From Oscillospiraceae bacterium (GTDB lineage: Bacteria; Bacillota; Clostridia; Oscillospirales; Oscillospiraceae): a stretch of DNA of 64,000 bases. The stretch is from positions 1,052 to 65,051 of the forward strand of contig JAFQFH010000001.1 of assembly GCA_017398685.1 (NCBI GenBank), given 5' to 3'. Position 1 is the stretch's first letter, and every line of letters begins with the position of its first letter. The notes under the pieces were generated by a model that was not told where the DNA came from, did no database searches, and worked only from the letters and a program-made list of their open reading frames with translations. Below, piece after piece: positions 33,320 through 42,487 of this stretch. Made by a program: the position numbers and the translations under genes.

Positions 33320-34776
33320 ATATAGCCGAAGCGAAAGAACAGATAAAAAACGCCATGACCGCCTACTTCACAAAGGACGAGTTCGGCAATTTCCTCATCC
33401 CCCCCGAAGCCCAGCGCCCTGTTTTTCTGATGGGGCCTCCGGGCATAGGCAAGACCGCCATAATGAAGCAGATTGCCCATGAGCTGGGCGTGGGGCTTGT
33501 GAGCTACTCCATGACCCACCACACCCGCCAGAGTGCACTTGGTCTGCCGGTTATAGTGCACAAGGACTACGGTGGGGAGGACTACGCCGTTTCCGAGTAC
33601 ACTATGTCGGAAATCATAGCCTCCGTTTATGATATGATAGAAAAGGGCGGGGTGAAAAACGGCATACTCTTCCTTGACGAGATAAACTGCGTGTCCGAAA
33701 CGCTCACCCCCACCATGCTTCAGTTCTTGCAGTACAAAACCTTCGGCAAGCACGCCGTACCTCCCGGATGGATAGTGGTGACGGCTGGCAATCCCCTTGA
33801 GTATAACCGCAGCGCAAGGGAATTTGACATTGTAACATGGGACAGATTAAAGCGCATCGACATTGAGCCGGACTACGGCGCATGGCGGGAATTTGCTTTG
33901 AAAAAGGGCGTACACGCCGCCATACTCAGCTACCTTGAGGCAAGACGGGAAAACTTCTACCGGGTGGAGCTGAGCGTTGAGGGCAAGCACTTTGTGACAG
34001 TGCGAAGCTGGACGGATTTAAGCGACATGATAAAGCTTTATGAGCTGAATAACTTGCCCGTGGACAAGCTGCTTATAGCCCAATACGTGCAGGACAGGGA
34101 CATTGCCGAGGACTTTGCCGTATACTACGAGCTTTTCAACAAATATAAGTCCGACTATAAGATAGAGCTTATTCTCAGCGGCAAGGCCCCTGCCGATATT
34201 GAGCAGCGCGCTGCCAGTGCAGGCTTTGACGAAAGGCTCAGCCTCATAGGGCTGATGCTGGACAGGCTCCACACGGATGTGCGCGCCGTCATGGAGACGG
34301 AGGATGTGATATCCGAGCTTCTGCCCATACTCAAAGAGGTCAAGGCCGGCGCTGCCCTTGCCGATAAGCTTGAAAGCCTGAAAGCCCAGAAGCAGCGCGA
34401 GGAAAGGCGGGGTACCCTCTCCCCCGAAAGGCTCAGGCAGTATGAGCGTATGCTTGCCTTCATGTCAGGGCATGAGTCCAGAGGCTCAGATTTTCCCTCC
34501 ATCAAGGCAGACTTTGACGGCATGGTCGCCGCCATGCGTTCCGATGCCGCAGCTGCAAAAGGCAAGATGGAAGCTATGCTCGCCTTTGCCGAAAGGGTCT
34601 GGCCGGAGGGACAGGAGATGCTGATACTTGTGACGGAGCTTACCATAAGCTGGTACGCCGCCCGCTTTATCTCCCGCTACGGCTGCGAAAGCTACTACAG
34701 GCACAATGAGGAGCTTATGCTCTATGAGAGACATTCAAGGATTATAAGCCAGCTGAATATTCTGGAAGAACTGTAA
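33316..34776 (+). CDS. MoxR-like AAA+ ATPase (AAA_5 type) with a long C-terminal helical extension
   Basis: Walker A is LMGPPGIGKTAI, Walker B is ILFLDEIN, and sensor 1 is VVTAGNP. The roughly 230-aa A/E/R-rich tail has no family I recognise. Confidence 0.85.
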   Translation: MNIAEAKEQIKNAMTAYFTKDEFGNFLIPPEAQRPVFLMGPPGIGKTAIMKQIAHELGVGLVSYSMTHHTRQSALGLPVIVHKDYGGEDYAVSEYTMSEIIASVYDMIEKGGVKNGILFLDEINCVSETLTPTMLQFLQYKTFGKHAVPPGWIVVTAGNPLEYNRSAREFDIVTWDRLKRIDIEPDYGAWREFALKKGVHAAILSYLEARRENFYRVELSVEGKHFVTVRSWTDLSDMIKLYELNNLPVDKLLIAQYVQDRDIAEDFAVYYELFNKYKSDYKIELILSGKAPADIEQRAASAGFDERLSLIGLMLDRLHTDVRAVMETEDVISELLPILKEVKAGAALADKLESLKAQKQREERRGTLSPERLRQYERMLAFMSGHESRGSDFPSIKADFDGMVAAMRSDAAAAKGKMEAMLAFAERVWPEGQEMLILVTELTISWYAARFISRYGCESYYRHNEELMLYERHSRIISQLNILEEL

Positions 34777-34852
34777 AATCCTGTTGTAAATTCAGCGTAA
34801 ATATGCTAAGGTGAGCTTAGTTTATGCTGAAAAATAAACCGGAGGGAAGAAA

Positions 34853-35797
34853 ATGAAGAAAATTATTGCATTTTTGCTGTGTGTCATGATGCTGGCAAGC
34901 TTCGCTAGCTGCTTTGCTGATGAGGGCACTCAGTTCGCCCGCGCCCACGTTATCGGCGCAGGCAACCGTTTCAGCGTGGGCGTACGCTGCGACGGCAAGA
35001 TCCTTGTCAAGGGCGGTATGAACGAGAACGTCTATGACCAGGAAAAGGTCAGGGAATGGACGGATATCGTATCTTTGGATGTGGGCACCAACCACATAGT
35101 CGGCCTTAAGTCCAACGGCAGAGTTGTGGCCGCCAGCGAGAGCAATTCCTCTACCCTTTGTGCAGTCAACCACTGGGTCGATATCGTGGCCGTGATTGCC
35201 GGCCATGACTTCACTCTCGGCCTTAAGGACGACGGTACCATCGTTTCCACCAAGGAAGGTTATCTGGAAGACTGGTTCAGAATTATTGATATTGACGCCG
35301 GACGCTGGCAGACCGTCGGTCTGAGAGAAAACGGCAAGGTCATCGCAGACGGTCCCAACCAGTACGGCGAATGCAATGTTGAAAACTGGAGCGACATCGT
35401 TTCCATCGCCGCCGGCACCTGGCATACTGTGGGTCTTAAGTCCGACGGTACCGTGGTGGCTGTGGGCGGTAACGAGGTTGACGAGTGCGAGGTATCCAGC
35501 TGGAGCAAGATCGTGGCCATTGCCGCAGGTCAGCGCTTCACCGTTGGCCTTCGCGCTGACGGCACTGTGCTGGCTATCGGCGACAACAGTGAAGGTCAGT
35601 GCGAAGTGTCCGACTGGACCGATATCGTGGCTATCTCCGCCAGCGACAAGCACATAATAGGCCTCAAGGCAGACGGCACCGTTGTCACAACCGGCAAGGA
35701 CTATTACGGCGAGTGCAGCCTTGGCGGCTGGACAGACATGACCATGCCCGCAGACTTGCCCGCAGACCTTCTCTATAACTACAGCGTAGCCTGGTAA
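34853..35797 (+). CDS. RCC1-like repeat (beta-propeller) lipoprotein
   Basis: The signal peptide has a lipobox (LASFASC). There are about seven repeats of W.DIV.I.AG..HTVGLK.DGTVVA.G.N..G.C.V. Confidence 0.8.
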   Translation: MKKIIAFLLCVMMLASFASCFADEGTQFARAHVIGAGNRFSVGVRCDGKILVKGGMNENVYDQEKVREWTDIVSLDVGTNHIVGLKSNGRVVAASESNSSTLCAVNHWVDIVAVIAGHDFTLGLKDDGTIVSTKEGYLEDWFRIIDIDAGRWQTVGLRENGKVIADGPNQYGECNVENWSDIVSIAAGTWHTVGLKSDGTVVAVGGNEVDECEVSSWSKIVAIAAGQRFTVGLRADGTVLAIGDNSEGQCEVSDWTDIVAISASDKHIIGLKADGTVVTTGKDYYGECSLGGWTDMTMPADLPADLLYNYSVAW

Positions 35798-35810
35798 AAC
35801 AATATAATGT

Positions 35811-35841
35811 AAAAGCTCCCAAGCGTTACTTGGGAGCTTTT
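35811..35841. terminator. Bidirectional terminator
   Basis: aaaagctcccaag-cgtta-cttgggagctttt. Confidence 0.85.
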
Positions 35842-36449
35842 ACTCTTTCTGAGATTGTTTTAAATCCAGTATGGATAAGATAGAGTGCCACAACGGCGGA
35901 GCCTGCCTTATCCAGCCAGTAGGAGATCGCCGAACCCGGCAGCAAGGTCACGGACAGCAGGGCCGCCGTGACGCAGATATCCACAAGGGTCTTGGCACGG
36001 TAGAGCCTGCTTTGCACCAAAAGGATGCTGTTATTGCTCTCTTTCCCAAGGCGGCTGTAGCGCCGCCAGAAGATGGAGTTTGCGATAACGCCGAGAATGG
36101 CAATGCTCAGGCCGGGGATTACATTGCCGGTCTCACCCGTTGAGGGCAGCAGCGCCAGAACGAGCATCATTGCCCCGCCAAGGCACATAGCCCCGCCCAC
36201 GAAAAGGTCGGTATTTTTCTCAAGCCTTGCTTTTCTCTCCATATCGGTAAAGCCGTCACGGGTGGTAAGCTGATAGACCACATAGGACACTATTATTGCC
36301 AGAAGCTCCGCACTGCGGCGCACAAAGTCCGCAATCTGGGTGGAGCTTCTGCCCATTACAAGGCCAATTCCAACCACAAGAGGGCCGGGTGAGGACATTA
36401 TAACCGACCACAAAAGCGTATTTCTTCCGGATTTATTCTTATTTTTCAT
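35826..36449 (-). CDS. Cation-diffusion-facilitator-like membrane protein (transmembrane domain only)
   Basis: It is 207 aa with six TM helices and a CDF-like pattern. The usual C-terminal cytoplasmic domain is missing. Confidence 0.6.
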   Translation of the reverse strand: MKNKNKSGRNTLLWSVIMSSPGPLVVGIGLVMGRSSTQIADFVRRSAELLAIIVSYVVYQLTTRDGFTDMERKARLEKNTDLFVGGAMCLGGAMMLVLALLPSTGETGNVIPGLSIAILGVIANSIFWRRYSRLGKESNNSILLVQSRLYRAKTLVDICVTAALLSVTLLPGSAISYWLDKAGSAVVALYLIHTGFKTISERVKAPK

Positions 36450-37147
36450 ATGCCACCTCCGAAAAGATGCACGAGGGGCAGCATTACAGCCATAGCGCAG
36501 AAGGGACAGCTTATGGTGTCATAGCCGCCGGGGGTATAAAGCTCCGTGGCAGCTGTGGCAGCCGCCACCAGCGCTGCGGTAATGACGCAGGCATATATCT
36601 CCATACCGCCTCTGAACATAAGTATGACAAATACACTGAGAAAAGAAAGGGCAAACATGGAAAGGCTGCCTTCATAGCTTTTTTTGCTGCCGGGTATCTT
36701 ATGCTTTCCAAAGCGCTTGCCGATAAGCGCCGCTGCCGCATCCCCGAAGCCCCATGCGTACACCGTGGCCAGCACAAGGAGTCGGTCTCCCAAAAGTCCC
36801 CAGCAGACCGTGATGACAACGGCAAACATGGTAAATACAACAATCAGGCTATTTTTAAGCTCGCCCTTTTTCCGCTCGGTGACTGTTTCGGAATAGCGGC
36901 TGAAATGCTCGAAATAGTGGAGTATGGGGTAGACCACCGCGGCAAAGATAAGGCAGGACATAACCGCATGCCACCAGATATCAAAGCAGAAAACATACAC
37001 CAAAAGTGAGCCCAGCAAAATACAGTGGAGTATCTTGCGGAAAACCTCATCATTTATCTTTACAAGTATTCTGCTGCCGAGAGCGGCGCTGGCAAGGATA
37101 ATGTAGTATATGAGTGTATCGCCGGTGCCGGTGAGAAAATCGCGCAT
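36446..37147 (-). CDS. CTP-dependent polyprenol/diacylglycerol kinase - cytidylyltransferase family membrane protein
   Basis: It carries the WGFGDAAAALIGKRFGKHK motif and has multiple TM helices. The start is chosen at MRDFL; the longer ORF runs into the pyrC promoter region. Confidence 0.7.
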   Translation of the reverse strand: MRDFLTGTGDTLIYYIILASAALGSRILVKINDEVFRKILHCILLGSLLVYVFCFDIWWHAVMSCLIFAAVVYPILHYFEHFSRYSETVTERKKGELKNSLIVVFTMFAVVITVCWGLLGDRLLVLATVYAWGFGDAAAALIGKRFGKHKIPGSKKSYEGSLSMFALSFLSVFVILMFRGGMEIYACVITAALVAAATAATELYTPGGYDTISCPFCAMAVMLPLVHLFGGGI

Positions 37148-37252
37148 CAAATCATCTCTCTTTGTTTTTTCTTTTTCCGTATTATAACACGTCAGGCCGG
37201 GGTTGTACAAAATAATTACAGTTTTCCGGGCAAAAATGTGCAATGTCCACTG

Positions 37253-37281
37253 TTGACTATATGGCCTTGCCGTGCTATAAT
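37253..37281 (+). promoter_or_regulatory. SigA-type promoter of the pyr operon
   Basis: TTGACT, a 17-nt spacer, then an extended -10 (TGC-TATAAT, 37273-37281). Confidence 0.8.
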
Positions 37282-37340
37282 CTCTCGAATGATTTTTAAG
37301 CCGATACGGGATATTGGCAAGGTCTGACGCGGAGGCAATT

Positions 37341-38555
37341 ATGGCAACACCTGAAAAAAGCAAAATGAATATCCGCTGCATTGGTATTGACGAGGCCTCA
37401 GTATTTGCATTTCTGGCAAAGGAGTGTCTCGATATTTTTGACCCCGAAAAAGAATACGTTGTTTTTCCCGGCTTTTGTGATGTGCATGTACATTTCAGAG
37501 AGCCGGGTTTTTCGTACAAAGAAACCATCGCCACCGGCTCAAAGGCAGCGGCAGCAGCGGGCTACACCTGTGTTTGCACCATGCCCAATCTCTCCCCTGT
37601 GCCGGACTCCATGGAAACGCTGGCTTTGCAGCTTGAAAAGATTGAAAAGGACGCACTTATCCGCGTTATCCCCTATGGCGCAATCAGCCGGGGAGAGCTT
37701 GGCAAGGAGCTTGCCGACATGGAGGCAATGGCAGATCTGGTCTGTGCCTTTTCCGATGACGGCAGAGGTGTGCAGGACGGTGAGATGATGCGCGCCGCGA
37801 TGCTGAAAGCGAAGGCGCTTGGGAAGCCCATCGCCGCCCACTGCGAGGTAAACGAGCTGTTGAAAGGTGGCTACATCCACGACGGAGTCTATGCGGCAGC
37901 GCACGGACACCGGGGCATCTGCTCTGAGAGTGAGTATGAGCAGATTGCAAGGGACATTGAGCTTGTGCGTGAAACGGGCTGCCCCTACCATGTGTGCCAC
38001 ATCTCCACAAAGGAGAGCGTGGAGCTTATACGAAAGGCAAAAGCCGAGGGGCTGGACATAAGCTGTGAGACAGGGCCGCACTACCTTGTGCTCTGCGACG
38101 AGGACCTTCAGGAAGACGGACGCTTCAAGATGAACCCGCCCTTAAGGTCAAAAGAGGACAGGGCGGCGCTCATAGAGGGCATACTGGACGGCACTATCGA
38201 CATGATAGCCACCGACCATGCCCCCCACTCCGCCGAGGAAAAAGGCCGGGGGCTTGAAAAGAGCGCCATGGGCATAGTGGGGCTTGAAACCGCCTTCCCC
38301 ATTCTCTACACCCACTTTGTGAAAAAAGGCATACTGAGCCTTGAAAAGCTCTCAGAGCTTATGCACAAAAATCCCCTTGAGCGCTTCCGGCTGCCGGTGG
38401 GCAAGGATATGTGCATATTTGAACTGAGCGAGGAATACAGCATTGAGCCGGAGGAGTTTTTCTCCATGGGCCGTGCCACGCCCTTTGCGGGCAATAAAGT
38501 ATATGGCCGCTGCGTACTGACGGTCATGGACGGTAAGACAGTATATAGAGCATAG
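37341..38555 (+). CDS. pyrC: Dihydroorotase
   Basis: PGFCDVHVHFREPG, a cyclic-amidohydrolase fold, and DHAPH. The ATG at 37341 lies 5 nt after GGAGG. Confidence 0.9.
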   Translation: MATPEKSKMNIRCIGIDEASVFAFLAKECLDIFDPEKEYVVFPGFCDVHVHFREPGFSYKETIATGSKAAAAAGYTCVCTMPNLSPVPDSMETLALQLEKIEKDALIRVIPYGAISRGELGKELADMEAMADLVCAFSDDGRGVQDGEMMRAAMLKAKALGKPIAAHCEVNELLKGGYIHDGVYAAAHGHRGICSESEYEQIARDIELVRETGCPYHVCHISTKESVELIRKAKAEGLDISCETGPHYLVLCDEDLQEDGRFKMNPPLRSKEDRAALIEGILDGTIDMIATDHAPHSAEEKGRGLEKSAMGIVGLETAFPILYTHFVKKGILSLEKLSELMHKNPLERFRLPVGKDMCIFELSEEYSIEPEEFFSMGRATPFAGNKVYGRCVLTVMDGKTVYRA

Positions 38556-38574
38556 AGCTTCGGGAGGATATGAA

Positions 38575-41500
38575 ATGGCTAAGAGAACAGACCTTAAAAA
38601 GATAATGATAATCGGCTCCGGCCCCATCGTCATCGGTCAGGCTGCCGAGTTTGACTATGCAGGCACTCAGGCCTGCCTCGCATTGAAAGAAGAGGGCTAT
38701 GAGGTTGTGCTTTGCAACTCAAACCCCGCCACCATCATGACCGACACCACCATCGCCGACAAGGTGTACATGGAGCCGCTGACCCTTGAATACATTGCAA
38801 AGATACTCCGCTACGAGCGTCCCGACGCCATCATCCCCGGCATCGGCGGCCAGACCGGCCTTAACCTTGCCATGCAGCTTGAAAAGAAGGGCATACTGCG
38901 CGAGTGTCAGGTGGAGCTTCTTGGCACTTCCGGCGAGAGCATTGAGCGGGCCGAGGACCGCGAAATGTTCAAGGAGCTTTGCCAGGAGATAGGCGAGCCT
39001 GTCATCCCCTCAAAGATAACCTACAGCGTGGAAGAGGCCAAGGCCGCAGCCGCCGAGATAGGCTACCCTGTTGTGCTGCGCCCCGCCTTCACCCTCGGCG
39101 GCACCGGCGGCGGCTTTGCCTACAACGAAGAGGAGCTTATAGAGGTGGGCATGAACGCCTTCAAGCTCTCTCCCGTTCATCAGGTGCTCATTGAAAAGAG
39201 CGTGAAGGGCTACAAGGAAATAGAGTTTGAGATGATGCGCGACAGCGAGGACAAGGTCATCACTATCTGCGGCATGGAGAATGTTGACCCTGTGGGCGTG
39301 CACACCGGTGACTCCATCGTGGTGGCCCCCATACTCACCCTCAACGACCATGACCTTAAAATGCTCAACGACAGCGCCATAAAGCTTATAAAAGCCCTTA
39401 AGATAGAAGGCGGCTGCAACGTGCAGTTTGCCCTTGACCCCAACAGCAGCCAGTACTACCTTATCGAAGTCAACCCCCGCGTGTCCCGCTCCTCTGCTCT
39501 CGCCTCCAAGGCCAGCGGCTACCCCATTGCTAAGGTAACGGCCAAGATCGCCGTGGGCATGAGCCTTGACGAGATACCCCTTGCCAACACCACTGCTGCC
39601 AGAGCTCCCGTGCTGGACTACATCGTGGCAAAGCTCCCCCGTTTCCCCTTTGACAAGTTTGCCTCCGCCTCCAACAAGCTGGGCACCCAGATGAAGGCTA
39701 CCGGCGAGGTCATGGGCATTGGCAGCAATCTGGAAGAGTGCCTTCTCAAGTCCGTGCGCTCTCTGGAGATAGGCGCCTGCCACTTCCATCTGCCCAAATT
39801 TGACGGCATGAGCGTAAGTGAGCTTGAAGAGTATATTGCCGCTTTCCGGGATGACAATATCTTTGCCATTGCCCAGCTTATGCGCTTTGGCGTGTCCGTT
39901 GAGCGTATCCACGGCATCACCCAGATAACCGCCTACTTCCTTGAGGCCATTGAGCGGATAGTGAAGATGGAGCAGGAGCTGAAGGACAATATAAACAGTC
40001 TTGAGGTTCTCACCCGGGCCAAGAAAATGGGCTTTAGCGACAAGTTTGTTGCAAAGCTGTGGCGGCTGGAAGAGCTTGAGGTATTCAACTACCGCAAGGC
40101 CAAGGGACTTATGCCCGTTTACCGCATGGCGGACACCTTCCACACCGGGGCATACATCCCCTACTTCTATTCCTCCTACTCTGAGGAAAACCGCTCCGTG
40201 GTCAGCGATAAGGAAAAGATCATCGTCCTTGGCGCAGGCCCCATCCGTATCGGTCAGGGCGTGGAGTTTGACTATTCCAGCGTACACGCCGTCATGACCA
40301 TCAAGGAAAGCGGCTACGAAGCCATTATCATAAACAATAACCCCGAGACCGTCTCCACAGACTACACCTGCTCCGACAAGCTCTATTTCGAGCCTTTGAC
40401 CACTGAGGATGTAGCCAATATCATTGAGCTTGAAAAGCCCCTTGGCGTTATCGCAACTCTCGGCGGCCAGACCGCTATCAATCTGGCAGAGCCTCTGATG
40501 AAGCGGGGCGTAAAGCTCATCGGTACCGACTGCGCCGCCATAGACCGGGCCGAGAACCGGGACAGCTTTGAAAAGCTCCTTGAAGAGCTGAATATCCCCC
40601 AGCCCATGGGCAGAGCCGTCACCAACGTGGAGGCCGGTGTGGAGGCCGCCGCAAAGATCGGCTACCCGGTACTTGTGCGCCCCAGCTTCGTGCTGGGCGG
40701 CAGAGCCATGCAGATAGTTGCCAATGAAGAGCAGCTTCGCTCTTATCTCAGAACCGCCGTTGAAATTGACGAGGATCGCCCCGTACTGGTGGACAAGTAT
40801 ATTCAGGGCCGCGAGGTTGAGGTGGATGCCGTATGCGACGGCCGTGACGTATTCGTCCCCGGTATCATGGAGCTTGTGGAGCGCACCGGCGTACACTCCG
40901 GCGACTCTATCTCCGTATACCCCACCTTCTCCATATCCGACAAGGTGAAGGGCACCATCCTCACCTACACCAAGAAGCTGGGTCTGGGTATCGGCATTGT
41001 TGGTCTTTACAATATCCAGTTCATCGTGGACAAGAACGACAATGTATATATAATCGAGGTCAATCCCCGTTCCTCCCGCACAGTTCCCTTCCTCTCCAAG
41101 TCCACCGGCTACTGCCTTGCCGACATCGGCACCCTTTGCATGCTGGGGCTGAGCCTTAAGGAACAGGGCATATTCGACCTCTACCCCACGGACAAGAAGA
41201 AATGGTACGTAAAAGTGCCCGCCTTCTCCTTCTCCAAGCTTCACGGCATGGATGCCTACCTCTCCCCGGAGATGAAGTCCACCGGCGAGGCCATAGGCTA
41301 CGACAAGAAGCTCAACCGCGCCCTGTACAAGGCTTTGCAGGCTTCCGGCATGCAGGTTATGAACTACGGCACCGTGCTTGTCACCATTGCCGACAAGGAC
41401 AAGGAAGAGGCCCTGCCTCTTATCCGCCGCTTCTACAATCTGGGCTTCAACATTGAAGCTACCTACGGCACCGCCGTATTCCTCAAGGAGCACGGCATAC

Positions 41501-41745
41501 GCACCCGTGTCAAGAAGAAGCTGAGCGAGGGCAGCGAGGAAATTCTGGAGTCCATCCGTCAGGGCCACGTGACCTATGTCATAAACACCAAGGACTACAG
41601 TTCCGGCAACTATCAGGACGGCGGCCTTATCCGCCAGTGCGCCGTTGAAAACGGTGTGACCATCTTCACAGCTCTCGACACCGTGCGTGTGCTGCTGGAC
41701 GTGCTGGAAGAGATCACTATGGAGATTTCCACCATTGACTCCTGA
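38575..41745 (+). CDS. carB: Carbamoyl-phosphate synthase large subunit
   Basis: The N-terminus is IMIIGSGPIVIGQAAEFDYAGTQA. It has duplicated ATP-grasp halves and is 1056 aa long. Confidence 0.97.
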   Translation: MAKRTDLKKIMIIGSGPIVIGQAAEFDYAGTQACLALKEEGYEVVLCNSNPATIMTDTTIADKVYMEPLTLEYIAKILRYERPDAIIPGIGGQTGLNLAMQLEKKGILRECQVELLGTSGESIERAEDREMFKELCQEIGEPVIPSKITYSVEEAKAAAAEIGYPVVLRPAFTLGGTGGGFAYNEEELIEVGMNAFKLSPVHQVLIEKSVKGYKEIEFEMMRDSEDKVITICGMENVDPVGVHTGDSIVVAPILTLNDHDLKMLNDSAIKLIKALKIEGGCNVQFALDPNSSQYYLIEVNPRVSRSSALASKASGYPIAKVTAKIAVGMSLDEIPLANTTAARAPVLDYIVAKLPRFPFDKFASASNKLGTQMKATGEVMGIGSNLEECLLKSVRSLEIGACHFHLPKFDGMSVSELEEYIAAFRDDNIFAIAQLMRFGVSVERIHGITQITAYFLEAIERIVKMEQELKDNINSLEVLTRAKKMGFSDKFVAKLWRLEELEVFNYRKAKGLMPVYRMADTFHTGAYIPYFYSSYSEENRSVVSDKEKIIVLGAGPIRIGQGVEFDYSSVHAVMTIKESGYEAIIINNNPETVSTDYTCSDKLYFEPLTTEDVANIIELEKPLGVIATLGGQTAINLAEPLMKRGVKLIGTDCAAIDRAENRDSFEKLLEELNIPQPMGRAVTNVEAGVEAAAKIGYPVLVRPSFVLGGRAMQIVANEEQLRSYLRTAVEIDEDRPVLVDKYIQGREVEVDAVCDGRDVFVPGIMELVERTGVHSGDSISVYPTFSISDKVKGTILTYTKKLGLGIGIVGLYNIQFIVDKNDNVYIIEVNPRSSRTVPFLSKSTGYCLADIGTLCMLGLSLKEQGIFDLYPTDKKKWYVKVPAFSFSKLHGMDAYLSPEMKSTGEAIGYDKKLNRALYKALQASGMQVMNYGTVLVTIADKDKEEALPLIRRFYNLGFNIEATYGTAVFLKEHGIRTRVKKKLSEGSEEILESIRQGHVTYVINTKDYSSGNYQDGGLIRQCAVENGVTIFTALDTVRVLLDVLEEITMEISTIDS

Positions 41746-41755
41746 AAGGCATAAA

Positions 41756-42487
41756 ATGGAAGACAAGATATTCAAGATAAAAGAAAACAGTCAGGCAGCC
41801 CGGGATGTATACCATCTCAGGCTTGAGGGGGACAGCTCAGAGATTAACTGCCCCGGTCAGTTTGCCAGCATAAAACTTGATGGGCTTTTCCTGCGCCGCC
41901 CCTTCTCCATATGCAGCTGGGACGAAAGCGGACTTGACATCTACTACAAGGCCGTGGGCGAAGGAACAGCAAAACTGAGCACCCTTCCCGTCGGCACTGA
42001 GCTTTCAGTGCTGACAGGGCTTGGCAAGGGCTATGACACCGCCCCCAGCGGCGATAATCCCCTGCTCATAGGCGGCGGCATGGGCGCAACACCCCTTTAC
42101 TGCCTGTGCAGAAAGCTCATTGCCGAGGGTAAAAGGCCCACTGTGCTTCTGGGCTTTGCCTCAGATAAGGATATTTTCCTCAGTGATGAATTCAAAACAC
42201 TGGGTGCTGATGTGATAATCTGCACTGATGACGGCAGCTGTGGGCATAAGGGCTTTGTGACTGACGTGATGGCAGGGCTTGACTACAGCTACTTCTACAC
42301 CTGCGGCCCTGAGGGGATGTTCCGCGCCATTGACCGCATTGCCAAAACCGAGGGGCAGTTCAGCTTTGAGGCCAGAATGGGCTGCGGCTTCGGTGCCTGC
42401 ATGGGCTGCACCTGCAAGACCCACAAGGGCAATAAGCGCATCTGCAAGGATGGCCCGGTGCTTGAAAGGAGCGAGATAATATGGTGA
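41756..42487 (+). CDS. pyrK: Dihydroorotate dehydrogenase electron-transfer subunit
   Basis: An FNR-like fold plus the C-terminal CGFGACMGCTC...C 2Fe-2S motif. The start is at MEDKIF. Confidence 0.9.
   Translation: MEDKIFKIKENSQAARDVYHLRLEGDSSEINCPGQFASIKLDGLFLRRPFSICSWDESGLDIYYKAVGEGTAKLSTLPVGTELSVLTGLGKGYDTAPSGDNPLLIGGGMGATPLYCLCRKLIAEGKRPTVLLGFASDKDIFLSDEFKTLGADVIICTDDGSCGHKGFVTDVMAGLDYSYFYTCGPEGMFRAIDRIAKTEGQFSFEARMGCGFGACMGCTCKTHKGNKRICKDGPVLERSEIIW

Noticed and set aside
37282-37340. PyrR-binding loop or attenuator in the pyr leader.
   Set aside because: The leader is only about 59 nt. It contains no ARUCCAGAGAGGYU-like loop and no terminator/antiterminator alternative.
36446-37534. 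The full 362-aa ORF as the CDS for the polyprenol-kinase-family gene.
   Set aside because: The N-terminal 129 codons have no membrane-protein character. They also cover the consensus pyrC promoter and the pyrC start on the opposite strand. The family-like sequence begins at MRDFL (37147).
39010-41775. Very long antisense ORFs opposite well-supported genes. Examples: 921 aa opposite carB; 18825-20663 opposite the 5'-nucleotidase; 20794-22272 opposite GH94; 28366-29922 and 29835-31061 opposite the redox pair; 43619-45010; 46120-47256; 50374-52401; 51842-53299; 58936-60321; 6411-7706.
   Set aside because: Their translations are low-complexity (rich in G/A/V/H/L), have no recognisable motifs and lack SD sites. 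The opposite strand encodes proteins with unmistakable family signatures. Stop-free antisense frames are expected in GC-rich, codon-biased genes.
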